This document shows, piece by piece, positions 25,903-41,944 of a DNA stretch of 64,000 bases (within the stretch, counting starts at the first letter, position 1; every line of letters begins with the position of its first letter). This DNA comes from the human T2T-CHM13v2.0 reference genome, Homo sapiens: NCBI RefSeq assembly GCF_009914755.1, contig NC_060926.1; one strand, given 5' to 3'. Under the pieces are notes generated by a model. The model saw nothing but the letters and a program-made list of their open reading frames with translations. It was not told the origin of the DNA and made no database searches. The position numbers were made by a program, and so were the translations under genes.

Positions 25903-26639
25903 ATCTCGCCCTTTAAGATAATCATCACTCCCTGTAACAGATAAATTAAAAATAAGGTGGAAAAGTCTTTTGCATTTATCCATATGTTTAATCTTCATCT
26001 TTTAAATGTTTCATTCAGATTAGTTCTTGATATCAGATTCTTTTGCTTTAAGTATATTTTTAAAACATTCCTTAACTTCCAGTTTGCTAGCACTAAATTC
26101 TCTAATAGTTTGTCTAAACCATTTTTATTTTACATTCTTTTTTATTTAATATACATTTTATTTCAGAAGAGTCTGACATTTACATAAAAGTTACAAATAT
26201 ATTACAGAGTTCTCATGTACCTCATAACCCCTATTATTGAATATTCTTTAGTATTGACATTTTAGTGTTGCATATTTGTTATAATTAATGATTCAATGTC
26301 GATACATTATTATCCAATCAGTGCATACTTTATTCAGATTTCCCCAGTTTTTACCTATGTCCTTTTTCTGTTCCAGGACCCCAACCAAGATAGACATTAT
26401 GATTAGTTATTATGTCTCCTTAGGGTCTTTTTGGCTGTAACAGTTTATCTGACTTCCTTCTTTTTATGACCTTGGCAATGTAGTGCCTTGAAGGTCAGGC
26501 ATTCTGTAGAATGTTCCACATGATTATACTGGCATAATGAGTGTTTGGGAGGAAGATTGCAGAGGTAAAGTACCATTCTCATAACTTCACATGAAGGATA
26601 CATGCTCCCAAGATGGTTTATCACTATGTTTTCTCTTAA

Positions 26640-28143
<1,504 letters not shown>

Positions 28144-28847
28144 TTGGCTGAGGAAGCATTTATCAGATTTCTCCCCTGGAAGTTTACTGTCCCTCTACCC
28201 CTACCCTTTCTATACTGCCTTCTGGAAAAAAATTAAATGCACAACCCCCACACATAAGGGGTGGGGAATTATGCTCTACCTCTTTGAGGGTAGATTATAC
28301 ACATACATTTTTTGAATATTTCTGTAAGAGAGTTTTATTCATCCTTTGCCAATATTTATTGATTCAATCCTGCTCTTATATCAGTGTAGACCCATAGATA
28401 TTCATTTTATATTTTCTCTGTTAATGCAATTATTTACACATTTTGTTGCTCAAATTATTTCAACTTTGGCCATTGGGAGCTCCTTTTGTTGACCCCCCAT
28501 GTATTTTTTAACATACCCAATACCCCTGCTGGTGTGTGGGTTTGGGTGTGTAGCTCTTATTTTCTGGCATTATAAAATGTTGCAGACTAATATTGTGTAC
28601 TTCACATCCTAGTCTAGAATCAACCATTTATCCAAGGAACACTGGTTGCTTTTACTGGAGATGGTATTATAAACTATGATCTAGGCATTAGATGTGTTCT
28701 CATTTCCTTTTCCTACCTTTTTTTTTTCTGTTTCTTTTTCTTTCTTTCATCTTAGAATTTTTGTTCTGGAATTATTTCTTAATTTTTAAGTATATTATTT
28801 CAGAAATTCCTTGAGTGTTTGCTGGTATTGGATTTTCACATTCTTAG

Positions 28848-29183
<336 letters not shown>

Positions 29184-29256
29184 TGAATCTTAAAAAAAAT
29201 TTATAAAAATCCAGGCTTTACTTGTTTTATTACACATAATAATAAAACAAATAATT

Positions 29257-29303
29257 ATTAAAAGCAATGATAAAAACCAAAATTAGTTTTGCACGAACTA
29301 ATA
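29257..29303. mobile_element. Half of a MADE1 (Hsmar1-derived) MITE
   Basis: ATTAAAAGCAATGATAAAAACCAAAATTAGTTTTGCACGAACTAATA resembles one mariner TIR arm. Confidence 0.6.
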
Positions 29304-30925
29304 TACATAACCTTTTCCTCACAATTTTTTATTGTTATATATTTCTTATTGAATAACATGCTGAGTAATTGTATAGAGTTCCTTGTTTTGTAATGTATTC
29401 GAAAGAATTTACTTTAGAGGATTTTATGGTAAAGGTGTTTTTTTTTCCACTGCCTTAACTCATATTATAAAAGAAATAATTTTGTAATCATTTTCAAACA
29501 AAAATCAATGTGTCTACAAAGAAATAAACTGATGAGCATCATATTTCTCCTCCTTCATGATTTAATGTCATAGGCATACATAATAATGATCACAATAATC
29601 TGATATAAAAAGATACTGATCTATGAATTATCCAACCAATCATAAAGCTAGCTCTATCTATGAGTCATGATCCATGCTCTCTCCCTCCCTTCTTCTTATT
29701 TTCTATTTACTCCAACATTCTAGTTATAGTTATTCTATCCTTTTAAATATGCTTTGCAAACTTTAATTTAAATTGACTAATTTATTAATGTGTAATGTTT
29801 TAACAAAGAATAATGATTAGAGTTATATGTTATGTCACTCTGCTGATTAGGTAAAAAATAAGTAGGTAGAATTGAATGATTCCAGAGGTAGAAAATCAGA
29901 TCAAGTGAAAGATGATCAATCCCTGAAAATAAAATCTGAAAATTATTGTGCCAGGCTTTAAGTTTTTATTGTAGAAAGAATTATTTCAACTTACAAGAGT
30001 ACTGGTAACTTGAATCGGGGCCATAATAAAGAACAAAGCAGAAAATATTTCTAAATTAATCATTTGTCTGAATATGTTAGATATGGTGCAGTTTAGTGAG
30101 ATAATAAAGAGACAGTATAAATTGGACCAAGGATATTGGGATCCTTTCATGCATATAGGTAATGTGTCTCTCTGTTCATTAGGTAACCAAAGATGTTAGC
30201 CTGCCTCTCCTAAGATATCTGAGCAGAACATAGATTTAGGATTATTCAACATACTGTTGGTTCTTGATGATATGGCCTAGGATAGCAAGTAGAGCTGTTC
30301 TATTTTATCACAAAGCATAATTTGATATGCTGCTCAGTTAGACTAACTTTTGATATGTGTTTAACTATCTGATACACTTATCTACGTATATATAATCTAC
30401 CAAATTATCTATAAGTCAGTTCTTTCTAAATAAAATTTATAAATATAAGTAGTCTTCACCATAAAATCTAAATGGAAGATGGAAGCCCCATTTTTTTCTT
30501 GCACAATGTCAGGCTGTTTGTCAATAATCTGTTTTTAAATGACAAGGGAGACTTTCTGATTTAGAAAACTATTGAAGGAGATTATTAAAATTCTCTACAC
30601 AAATCTGTTACAAACAGTGTTTTGCCCTTTAGAAAACAAAACCTCACCACATTATCAGTGTATGTAGGGTTTTAAAATATCTGATAAAAAATTGGAACAT
30701 GTGCATGCATGATATTTAAGACTACATCTCAAATCTTGAATGTATCATCGTCAGAAGACTTGGCTCAGATCAATTTGGTAAGCAAGCTTCTTGTTCAGTA
30801 AACCTCCTTTCTCCACTGAGATCTATGCTTTACTGTAAAATTTATAAGAAGCCTCAGCTGTCTTAAATGTTTGCTGTAATATTAGAACTGGTTAAGTCTT
30901 TGCGTGGTTAAGGCTTTGCAAAATA

Positions 30926-30936
30926 TCTCTCTTGCG

Positions 30937-30968
<32 letters not shown>

Positions 30969-30992
30969 TTGTTTCTCCCTATCTCTATCTCC
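30926..30992. repeat. (CT)n microsatellite
   Basis: Read directly from the sequence. Confidence 0.9.
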
Positions 30993-33900
30993 TTATTTTT
31001 TCTCCCTCTCTAATGTAAAAGAAAACAAGCCACCTCCATTTAAGTTATGTAATACAGTAACAATGATGAAATATATAGAAATTGGAAGAATAGTGAAAGC
31101 TGATTATTCATCATTGATTAATAAACATGCGGATGAAATTGCCTGGGCTTTTAACTCAGTAACCCAAGGGCTTATTTCTGAGGAAACATTCTATAGAATT
31201 ACTCTTCATAAATATGATCTCGTGGCCATGTATATCAGAGTAAATTTTTAAGAGCAAATTAGATTTGTTTAGTCTTATAAGAGTAATATTGCATCATGTG
31301 ATTAATAAAAACATATCTACCACAACACAAATTTAGTTCAGGAATTTATTCCTCCCTCACAGAACTCATGAGACTTAGGGGAAATAGGGAATAACCCATT
31401 CACAGTTTGTAAGGAAAGCATTAATAATTCCAAACCACTAAACTAATTATGATAATGCCACCCATTTTGCCCTAAGTAGATGCTAGAAATCAGAATTAAC
31501 AAAATCTGTTAAAAGAATTGTCTTAGAAACAGTCAACTGGCTCTGAGGTATACAAGTGATTAAAATTGTCCCAGTGTAGTGATTAGAAGATACTTTATTC
31601 GTTAGTTGGTAGAGATACCTTAGCTCTTCTGGCACCTCACTCAAACACAGTAGCAAATTGCTCCAGTTGCTTCCATGGCCTTTATTTAACCATAAAGAAA
31701 ATAAGAGATGAGAATGTAGTGAAATGGAGCCGAAGCCCTGGTCATGGACCTGGGGGTATCCCTATCCTATTTTGTGAATTTTAAGTCTGGGTTCTTCCAA
31801 TTGTTAGCCAAAAACATCTGTCTTAATTAGACCATAATTGAAGTCATTAGTGTTATATGGCATTGCTTAGAAGAACATGAAGTATAAAACAAACTAGGGT
31901 ATTAGATGAAGAGAACTATTCAATCTTGATGCAACTCATGGAGGAAGCATATATACAGTTGGAATACTTATAAGTGATAAGTAAAACTAAATAGCAGTAT
32001 TTGAAAATATATGTTTATACCTAAACATTAGCTAACATGACAATTACCCTGGAATTTGTGTAGCCTCCATGTTTATTACAGCAATAATGGCTTAGTACTC
32101 TGATACATAAAGCATAAATACTTTGAGGGTAACGGCATAGTGTGTCACTTCCAGTACTTGCGCTGTCAATTGTTATGACAGTTGTGTAATATTATTCTCA
32201 GAAAGGGAAAACAAAATAAAACATAAATAATAATGTTATGCTTAATTCATGGTAATTTGAGGTCCTTATTTTTTATGATCAGAATAAAATAGCTAGTGTA
32301 ACATAATATATTTTATTTATTTTATACCAAGTCTTTATTATGAGGCCTATAAAAGTATCAAATAGTTACAACAAACAGTTTAGTTGGAACTTATTACTAC
32401 AAATAACTTCCAAATTGAAATGTTAGCTTTAATAATTTTAAAAAAGTAGCAAAAACAGAGAATGCCAAGTACTGTTGAATACCCCATGGAGTGAGCTAAC
32501 ATACTGTGATGTCTGTCTTTAAAAAGATCCCTTCCAGCTGTCCACTTAGCACTGGAAAGGTGTGAACCTACTTTGTTATTATAATTATTTTTTTTCTCCT
32601 TTGCCAATTGCATGTGAAGTTGCCATTATGTTGCCTACTCCAAAATGTTAAAGACATATTCTACTGAAATATACTGGCATACAACATTAAGTTGAATATT
32701 TTCTTTTAGCTGTTTTGAAAGAAGATGTTAAGTTCTCAGATACAGAATTTTTGCCTTGAAGGTTAATAGAGGAAAGAAGACTCATGGGAGGTGAGAGAGA
32801 CAGTAACTGAATTCCAAGGGGCCAGAAAATGATAAGAAACAAAATTCTTCTTAAAACACTGGATATGCCCCACCATTATTGAAGGACAGATGCAATTGCA
32901 TCTCAATCACCTATCAATGGTGCTTGGAAAAATTCTAAATTGGGGAAATTTTTTCTTGAAGACAACTTCCATTAAAAGAATGAGTTAGTAAAACAAACGG
33001 ACAGCGCTAAAAACTGACCCTTATTTCCAAAATTGCAGGATACAAATATAAAACTTGAAGGTTTACTTATAGTCCTTGAACATTCTACAAGTAAATTTAA
33101 ATTTTTTTCTTTTCCTATGCCTCACTGATGAAATCTGTGCATATTCGTTCTTGGTGGATTCAACATATAATCAAGATGGATCTTGGTAAAGCTTTGCTAC
33201 TCACTGACTTCTATTTTCTGGATTTCAGTGCTCAGTAAAATGTACTAGGAAAGGAAAATAACACTAGGAGATTATAAAGACTTATCTTTGCTGTAATAAG
33301 GCTATAAGGGCACTGGCCAAAGATCTCCTCTCACTGAGATATATACACCTCGCTTCCTCAAATAACATGAGGGTTACAGAAGATAAACAATTATCAAAAT
33401 CTTTCAGTCATGGGTAATCCAAAACTTGGTTAAGTCATGATTTTAAATATTCCAATGTTTTCTACATTCAAAAGATATGAAGGTATATCAAATCAGCTAA
33501 TTTATTCTTCATACAGTGATATGGAGAATTGTTGGAATTGGAGGGTGGGGTTAGACAAAAAAAAAAAAAGGAAAATGAAAGTAGAAAAATAATAGAAAAA
33601 TTTATTGTTAACTATAGTATTTCTTCTTCCTTCTTTATCTATTCCTCAACATTTTCCCTATTCTTATTTCAAATCAAATGTGTGGTGTTTTTAATTTTAT
33701 CATAATATATTGATATTGTCATTGAATACTGTAGGCATTCATTATCCCTCCCTACCCCACAAACACACACAAGCTGTCAATAGTGATAATGCTAATGATT
33801 TAAGGTAATTAAGTTGTGAGGAACTTTTTATATTTTACATACTCTCTGATAATAAATAAAATCATCTATCTTAACAGATTAATTTTTTAAATAATTCAAA

Positions 33901-34167
33901 TGTATTTTTTTTTTAATTTCTAAAGGTTCCACAGAAAAGTTTTTCTCTGGCTTAGATTCTATACATTCTACTGGACTACTTCTACCTCAAGGAATGAAAA
34001 GTGTTGGCAATAATCACAGTGATTTCTCACTGTGATTATAAGGGAGAAGGCTCAAGTATCTTTTTTATTAATGATTAATATGATATAGCTAGTTAGCTAG
34101 TTCTTGTGTATACATTGTAAGAATTTTCTTATTAAAATTACTTTCTTTCTCTGACCTCCAATGACTC

Positions 34168-34463
34168 CTTTTTTTTTTTCTAGACAGAGTCTTGCTCTGT
34201 CGCCCAGGCTAGAGTACAGTGGTGGGACGTCAATTGGCTCACTGCAGCCTCTGCCTCCCAGGTTCAAGCGATTCTCAGGCCTCAGCCTCCCGAGTAGCCG
34301 GGATTACAGGCACCCGCCACCACACCTGGCTAATTTTTGTAGTTTTAGTAGAGACGGGGTTTCACCATCTTGGCCAGGCTGGTCTCAAACTCCTGACCTC
34401 GTGATTCACTTGCCTCCACCTCCCAAAGTGCTGGGATTACAGGTGTGAGCCACCACACCCGGC
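34168..34463 (-). mobile_element. Alu SINE (AluS)
   Basis: Full reverse-strand Alu with poly-T tail. Confidence 0.96.
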
Positions 34464-36179
34464 TGATTTCTTTCTAAATTGACATAGCAAATTGCTTCTG
34501 AAGGTCATAAGATAAAATACTCAACTTTTGAAATTAAAATGCCATCATTTTAATTACTTAGTGAGAAAATATGTTATTTAAAAATAATTTATGGTAATAA
34601 AGTTATGGTTATGAGACACATTTCTAGTATTGTTATTTTACCTTTGTCTTGCTCTAGTGAATACATGTGAGATTTTAATAAACATTTTTGATTTTTCAAA
34701 TTATATCTCCAAGTCATATAGACATTTCTAGTTCTAGCCTCTGTTTGAGAGGCTACAAGCATGCAATGTTCTAGACCTGTGAGAAGAAAAAATTTTTTAT
34801 ACTACCTCACTGACTTTTTATGTTGTCACCACTAGCCTTTGTGACACATCCAATATTTAGCATAAAACATAATTTTTAAAAACTCATTTACATTTGATTT
34901 ATTTAAGAAAAAAATTGGGGAAACTAGTGCAACGGGAATTGAGCTTTTCTAGGTAATTTACACATATTATCTCATTTATTCCTCACAGTAGCACTAAGAA
35001 GAAGAGTAATATTTTCTTTTTCATTATACAAAATGAAGTGAGACACAAAGATAATAAAGTAGTACCCTAAATTAATGGTATATATGGTCAAGCCAGGTTC
35101 AAAAATGCATGATCTTAACCATTATCACCACACTGAGACACATTGAAAACAGAAAATGTGTATTTGCATAAATAATCACACATATATGGCAAAGTGAAAA
35201 AGATGTTCTTGATTATCCTATTCTTACAATTCCTCCTCATATTAAACCACATATAACAATATTTAGCATTCTAAATATTGCATAGCACAAAACCATGTAA
35301 AATATATACAGATGAGTATATTTTGTATGTTATCTTTTATAAATTGCATCATTGTGAACATATTACTCTTATCACAAGCACATCACAATGATCACACATA
35401 TCTTCCTCATATATTTTACCTAATACACAGACTTTCATTGTGTAGATTCATTACAATTTATTGTTTGATATAGATGTAAACTTCTCAAATTATAAAATGT
35501 ACCTCTTATTGTACAAATTAATTTTACAACACAAATGAAGCTTATAACTCTGCATCATTTTTATATGTGCAGCTAATATTGAAGATAATATGAGCAATCT
35601 TTGGACATAGAACAATAGAACAGGGTTACAAATAAAATTCTATGAAAATATACTTAAGGGGAATTGAATTTAGGAAAATGGTGCATTGGATTTTAATTAT
35701 TACATAGGTAGAAAGCCTTGGGCTCACACCTGGTGAGTTTATTGAAATTGAGGTTCATGCATAAAGCAGAGACACAATAAAACTATAGACTTCATAGTTT
35801 TTATAACTCATTATTTCATTATGTTCAACAAGAAAAAAGATGGCATAGTCAACTAAGTCATCCTTGTCTCTTGAAGAAAATAATACGAAAATAATATTTC
35901 TTGAAATTTTGAAACCACATTCTAGTCCTCCAAACAGCTTAGGTATGAATTTACATAATTCTATCTTGCAGGATTCACCCAAACATGTAGGTAAGTAACA
36001 TTAACTGTGTTAATAGTTATGAAGCACTTACGATAATGCCAGTTAAATAGTGAATGCTGTTAAATAAATACATATATATAGGTATATATTTCTACTTATA
36101 TTATTTTTTGTTTTTGTTTCATTCAAGCTAATCTATAATTTTTATTTAAATCTTTCTTTGGTCACTGGCTTATTTTAAT

Positions 36180-37040
36180 AACCCAGGGGTCAAATTACTT
36201 CCAAAAGAATGAGACTCATACATAAGAAAAGAAAAACAACAACAACACTCCACAGAAACTTTCTCTCAAGGATCCAAGATACTGGACTTGGCAGACAAAA
36301 ACCATTACAGATGTACCCTAAGAAGTAATATAAAAAAATTTTTATATAATTAAGAAACAGTAGGATAATCATGATTACTTAGAAAATACCAATAAAGAGA
36401 TTAAAATTGTGCACACAAAAAATTCAAATGAAAATTATAGAGTTAAAAATTACAATAACCGAAAAAATTGATTACATGCATTGGAGAGAAGATTTAAGTG
36501 GAAGAAAAAAAAATCAAGATAGATCAATAGAGATTGTTCAATCTGAAAAAGAAAAAGTAAAAAAAAAGAGTGAAAAATATTAACAACGAAGTCTGAAGAG
36601 ATGTGGAACACCATTGACCATGCTGATGTACACATAAGTGGAATAACAGAAGGATAGGAGAGAAAGAGAAAGGAACAAAAAAAGTTTGAGGGAATAATGT
36701 CCTAAAACTTCCTGAATATATGAAAAATATTAGTTATGTACACATGTAAAAATTTTACACATTTCAAATAGGATAAATACAAAAGACACCCACTTGTAGA
36801 CCTAACATAGTTAAACTGTTGAAAGCCAGACAAAGAGAAAAGCTTGAATAAAGAAAGAATAATGTTTCATCATGTAGAAGGAACAAACAATATTAGTTGC
36901 TGACAAGATCAGACACCATGTAGGGCAGAAGGCAATTGGAAGACATATTCAAAGGACTGAAAAAGAACTATCAGCCAATAATTTCATATCTATAACAATG
37001 ACAAATAAGCAATGAAGCCAAAATAAAGATGTCCTACAGC
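36180..37040 (+). mobile_element. Old L1 (L1M) ORF1 remnant
   Basis: A-rich, with L1 ORF1-like motifs (GAGATGTGGAACACCAT; CAGAAGGCAATTGGAAGACATATTCAAAG). Confidence 0.7.
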
Positions 37041-40000
37041 AACAAGCCTACGTTAATGGTATCAAATGAGATTTTGATTCTGACAGAATAATTTTTTCTT
37101 CTAAAAACTCTGACCTCCAAAAATGTAATTTGGGAATTGTTCATTTGCTTGAAAAACTACTAGGTTTATTAGACAGACTTCCAACCTAAAATAAAGCAGA
37201 AGTTAATAGAAAATAATGTATAAACTTATAAAAGCAGATACTACGGTAGACTTTGAATATCATACAGAAGTGAGATCAACCAAGGGAGATTCCTTGTAAA
37301 TCCAATAATATAAGTGAAAAGTGAATTATAAACCATATTGATATACTACAATATTCATATACAAGTACAAAAAACATACATGTTAGATAAAATCAAACAA
37401 TATTTCAAAATAAAAGAGATTACTACAATCTTAATAGAGTTACTGAAACCTGATGGAATAGGCTCAGTCTACAAACAAAAAATAGGAAATATAATTTTAA
37501 AAAATATGATAAATTCATTTTTGTGATAATTTAAGCCTGGGAGTGGGAAAAACAGAAAATTGATGTTCAATGAGAATAATAGTAGTGGTTAATGAAAGTG
37601 GCTGATTCAACCTATATGTTACTGACCATTTGGTCTGATGGAGGAAAATATTGATATTTTCCTTATAAAGATCATATGACAATGCAGTTTATAGGAATGC
37701 AATTTATAGGTAAGAGACCTTTCAAATTACAGAACAACAACTAGGCATTCAAGTGAGAAGAGGATGAAAATAATATGGTTACAAATGTTCATAGGTGGTG
37801 ATGCGCTGGAGAAAACTTGTTATATCATTTATATTTTCTCTGAAAATATAAATTAGATTAATTATTTTAGAATGACAATAGGAGAAAAGATGTTGGAACT
37901 TGGAGAGAAAAGAAATAAGTATCCAGGAAAATAGGAGAGTAAGTAGATTCAGAAGTGGTACCATTATTGCATATAAACATTAAGGGCCAATTTGAGGGTG
38001 GTGAAACTGATAAACATAGCTGAGTGTCTTGTCTAGTCACATACAGCTGTATGGATTCAGGCTCAGAGTAAGCAGAAACCCAAACATGACTTAGGTTTTT
38101 GTCAAGTGTTATGAGGGTTGTGGTTTTGTTAAGTACAGTGAAGAGAGGAAGGGGAGTAACAAAAGTACATAAGAGACTGACTATGATTATTGACTATGAA
38201 ATGCAGTTTGGATGTAGAAGAAAATGATGGTATGAGAACAATGATATAGAGATAAAATTTGCCATTATTTATTAATTCTATGTCACTTAAAAATGTAAAG
38301 GTCATTAGAATCTAAACATTTAAAAAAGCATAGGAGAGTTGAAATTGAGATAGTGTAAATGTGATAGCTATTGGTAATTTCACATTGTGGGTCTCATATA
38401 GGGTACAGTATATAAGGTAGAGTCAAAGGCATCAACACTGGAGGGGAAAGGTCAGGGAACTAAGAATATGGGATGTTGCAAATATTAGCTGCATAAGGAC
38501 TCCATAGAAATCATGGTAAAAAGGATGATGAGACTTTTTTTTTAATTAAGAGAAATGACTCTAAAACTAATAGGCGTATATTAATTCAAGGTCTTCTGAT
38601 TTGAAATGTCATGCAACTTTTCTTACATAAACCAAAGTCAGTTGAATTTGTAGTAATCTGTTAATAATTTCCAACAAACCAAAGTGAATTATGTCATCTG
38701 GCTTCTGTCCTACTTGAACCACTTGAAGGAATGTAATACTATCAATGTTCTCTTGTCTATCCTCATTCTCCATCTCTGATAATCATGCTTTTGCTTTCTA
38801 ATAGTCTCTATAGTAATAACATTTACTCAACCAGAAAACACACTAAAAATATTAGTGAATGTGAACAATTAATACTTTCTAAAACATAAAGAAGAAAGCT
38901 AGAGACAACACTAATAGTGCTAACAAACTCTTACATGATCTAATATTATAAGCACTGGCCTACATCTTTTTATAGATATTAGCTCAGTTAATTTTTATAG
39001 CAAAGATATTAATGTACCTCCACATATGACATATATAAACCTTCCTGGGATTAAAGTCTCAATGTAGATATATTTTCATTATTATTTGCTTGAAGACTTT
39101 TAAGATCATGGCTTTGAAATTCTCAGATAATTGTTATGAAAATATTATGTAAGAGCTTGAGGCTCACTACACTGGGTCCAACAAGTAGCCTTAACCTTGA
39201 ATCATATTTAAACCATTGACTCTGTATTTAAAGCAAATGAAGGCAGAATGTTTTTGTCAAGGAAGATGAATGTAAGCTATTGGGAGATTTTTTTATACTG
39301 CTTTATTCTTTTCCACTAACATCAGTAGTAATGACAATGGTTTATGGTTTTTTTCACCAGGAAAGTACACATTAAAATTACATGTTGCTAAATATAGAAA
39401 ATTTGCTTACCTCATTCAATTTCACAATCCATTTTTAATGAAATATCTAATAGCAAAATGCAAAATAGTAATTGGAATACAAATGGAACTGAAATATTAT
39501 TACTCCAGATATATTTTAATTATACATTGATTGAAAATAGGCCACTGGACATTGCAATGAAGCTCAGTATTATTGAAATATAACTTAAGTGATGAGGCTT
39601 CCCATGCTACGTTTCTCACCTTTTCTAAAAATACAATTTTAGTGGAAACCAAGTGATGAAATTGAAGTAGTTGAGAGCATGATTTTTCTTTGAGTATGAG
39701 TGGGTCATTTTATTCTGTCCAGAAAGTAAAAATGCATGCTTCTTACAATATTACTTTTTTTCAGTTGGAAAAATGCATGATTTTTTGTAAATTCTACATG
39801 TTTGTTTTTATAAGTCCTCTCTCTAGAGTACAATTTTGTGATTCTGTTCTTAGATTTTTATTTAACCCCGTAATCAATTCCTTACTTGCAGTTTGTTGAT
39901 AACTCTTTCCTTTCCGTGCCAATCTTATTGCTCACATTAAAATGATGGCAACAAAGTACCAGAAATTTACCTTCAAATTTATTGAGATTTTGATAAACTA

Positions 40001-40676
40001 TTTATTTTAAAAATTGTCTCATCTGTAATCTGCCTCTTCTCCCTATAATAATAATAATAAATGTATGGGCTCTAGAATAACTTAGTCTAGGTATATATGC
40101 CTCAGACACTTGTGGAAGGTAGCAACCTAAGCCCATTAAATTAATTATTTTTAGGCAATTTTCACAGTAGCCCTAGAGGTTAGATACTATTAGTCTCCTC
40201 ATGTAATAAATGCAAAAATATAATGTTTACATAATATATTTTGCTTAAGATCACACAATAAGAGAGAGTAAACTTCAAACTCAAGTCTGTCTGATTTCTA
40301 AGACTATGGCATTGAAGAAAAATGACCCTATTGACTGTAATATTGCTGGAGACTTATAAATCCCAGTTTCAATGCATGCTTATGTCTTAGCCAAAACAAA
40401 ATAATGATATAACTGATAAATATTTGACAATGGACAAAATACAGTCAAATGTTATTATGTAAAGCAAGAGACAATGTGGCATATTTCCAGAAGAACTGAT
40501 GTGAAGTTATCACTACATTTAGTATTTAGGGTGAAATGGTGAAGTGAAAGTCAGAACCATCATACAGGAGATCCATGGTTAAGCCTGTTTAAAAACCATT
40601 TCTATGCTGCTCAATATTTAGTTACCTTGAATCTTCAACAGTCTTATTTATTCTTCAAGAAATTCAGATTTATTAT

Positions 40677-41336
40677 GGAGAGGATGTGGAGAAATAGGAA
40701 CACTTTTACACTGTTGGTGGGACTGTAAACCAGTTCAACCATTGTGGAAGTCAGTGTGGCAATTCCTCAGGGATCTAGAACTAGAAATACCATTTGACCC
40801 AGCCATCCCATTACTGGGTATATACCCAAAGGACTCTAAATCATGCTGCTATAAAGACACATGCACACGCATGTTTATTGCGGCACTATTCACAATAGCA
40901 AAGACTTGGAACCAACCCAAATGTCCAACAATGATAGACTGGATTAAGAAAATGTGGCACATATACACCATGGAATACTATGCAGCCATAAAAAATGATG
41001 AGTTCATGTCCTTTGTAGGGACATGGATGAAATTGGAAATCATCATTCTCAGTAAACTATCGCAAGGACGAAAAACCAAACACCGCATGTTCTCACTCAT
41101 AGATGGGAATTGAACAATGAGAACACATGGACACAGGAAGGGGAACATCACACTCTGGGGACTGTTGTTGGGTGGGGGGAGCGGGGAGGGATAGCATTAG
41201 GAGATATACCTAATGTTAAATGACGAGTTAATGGGTGCAGCACACCAGCATGGCACATGTATCCATATGTAACTAACCTGCACATTGTGCACATGTACCC
41301 TACAACTTAAAGTATAATAATAATTAAAAAAAAAAA
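40677..41336 (+). mobile_element. Young L1PA (approx. L1PA3/4) 5'-truncated 3' end with ORF2 C-terminus, 3'UTR and poly-A
   Basis: ORF 40742-41113 WKSVWQFLRDLELEIPFDPAIPLLGIYP...HRMFSLIDGN is the L1 ORF2p C-terminus. G-rich 3'UTR and A tail follow. Confidence 0.96.
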
Positions 41337-41944
41337 GACTTGGGAAAAATAATGTCTACCCTACTTTCCTTATAAGTTTCCACCTTGTGAGGAAGAGAGG
41401 AGATACTCTTTGCCAAGTATCTTTTAAGTTGTAATGAAATATGTGCTTGCATGCACACAAACATACACAAACAAACATGCATTCTTTTATATGTGGAATA
41501 AACTTATATTTCATGGTGCTGATTAGCCCATTTTCTTCCTTCATTTATTGATATTCCTTCTGTCTCCCTCTGGAAGCTGTCCTTTTACTACATAGTGACA
41601 TGTTTTACATAAAAATGTCTCCCAGTCAAGCAATCTGATATTCAAAAGTGAACATGAAATAAAATTTACAAAATTAATTTGTTCCAAGATTTGATTTTTT
41701 CTCTCCTTTAATAAAGTGAATTACAAGAAATAACAATTGTAAGAAACAATTATGAGATTTTCCAACCTCAATGCAATAGTAGCGTATGAGACGACACTGT
41801 GATTATCAAAATGGTATATTTTGGATACCCACAGATATCTATGTCCTATGTTGTACAGACTCAGGCATGAATATAGGTGAATGATTGGTAGGAGATGATA
41901 TCCAACATAGGAATATTTTAATAAAAAATAACTATCCAAATGTT

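Noticed and set aside
30904-31251. 115-aa ORF in unique sequence
   Set aside because: It has a GTG start, runs through a (CT)n repeat and shows no recognisable domain.
40742-41113. 123-aa ORF as a host gene
   Set aside because: It is the C-terminus of L1 ORF2p in a 5'-truncated copy with no promoter or true start.
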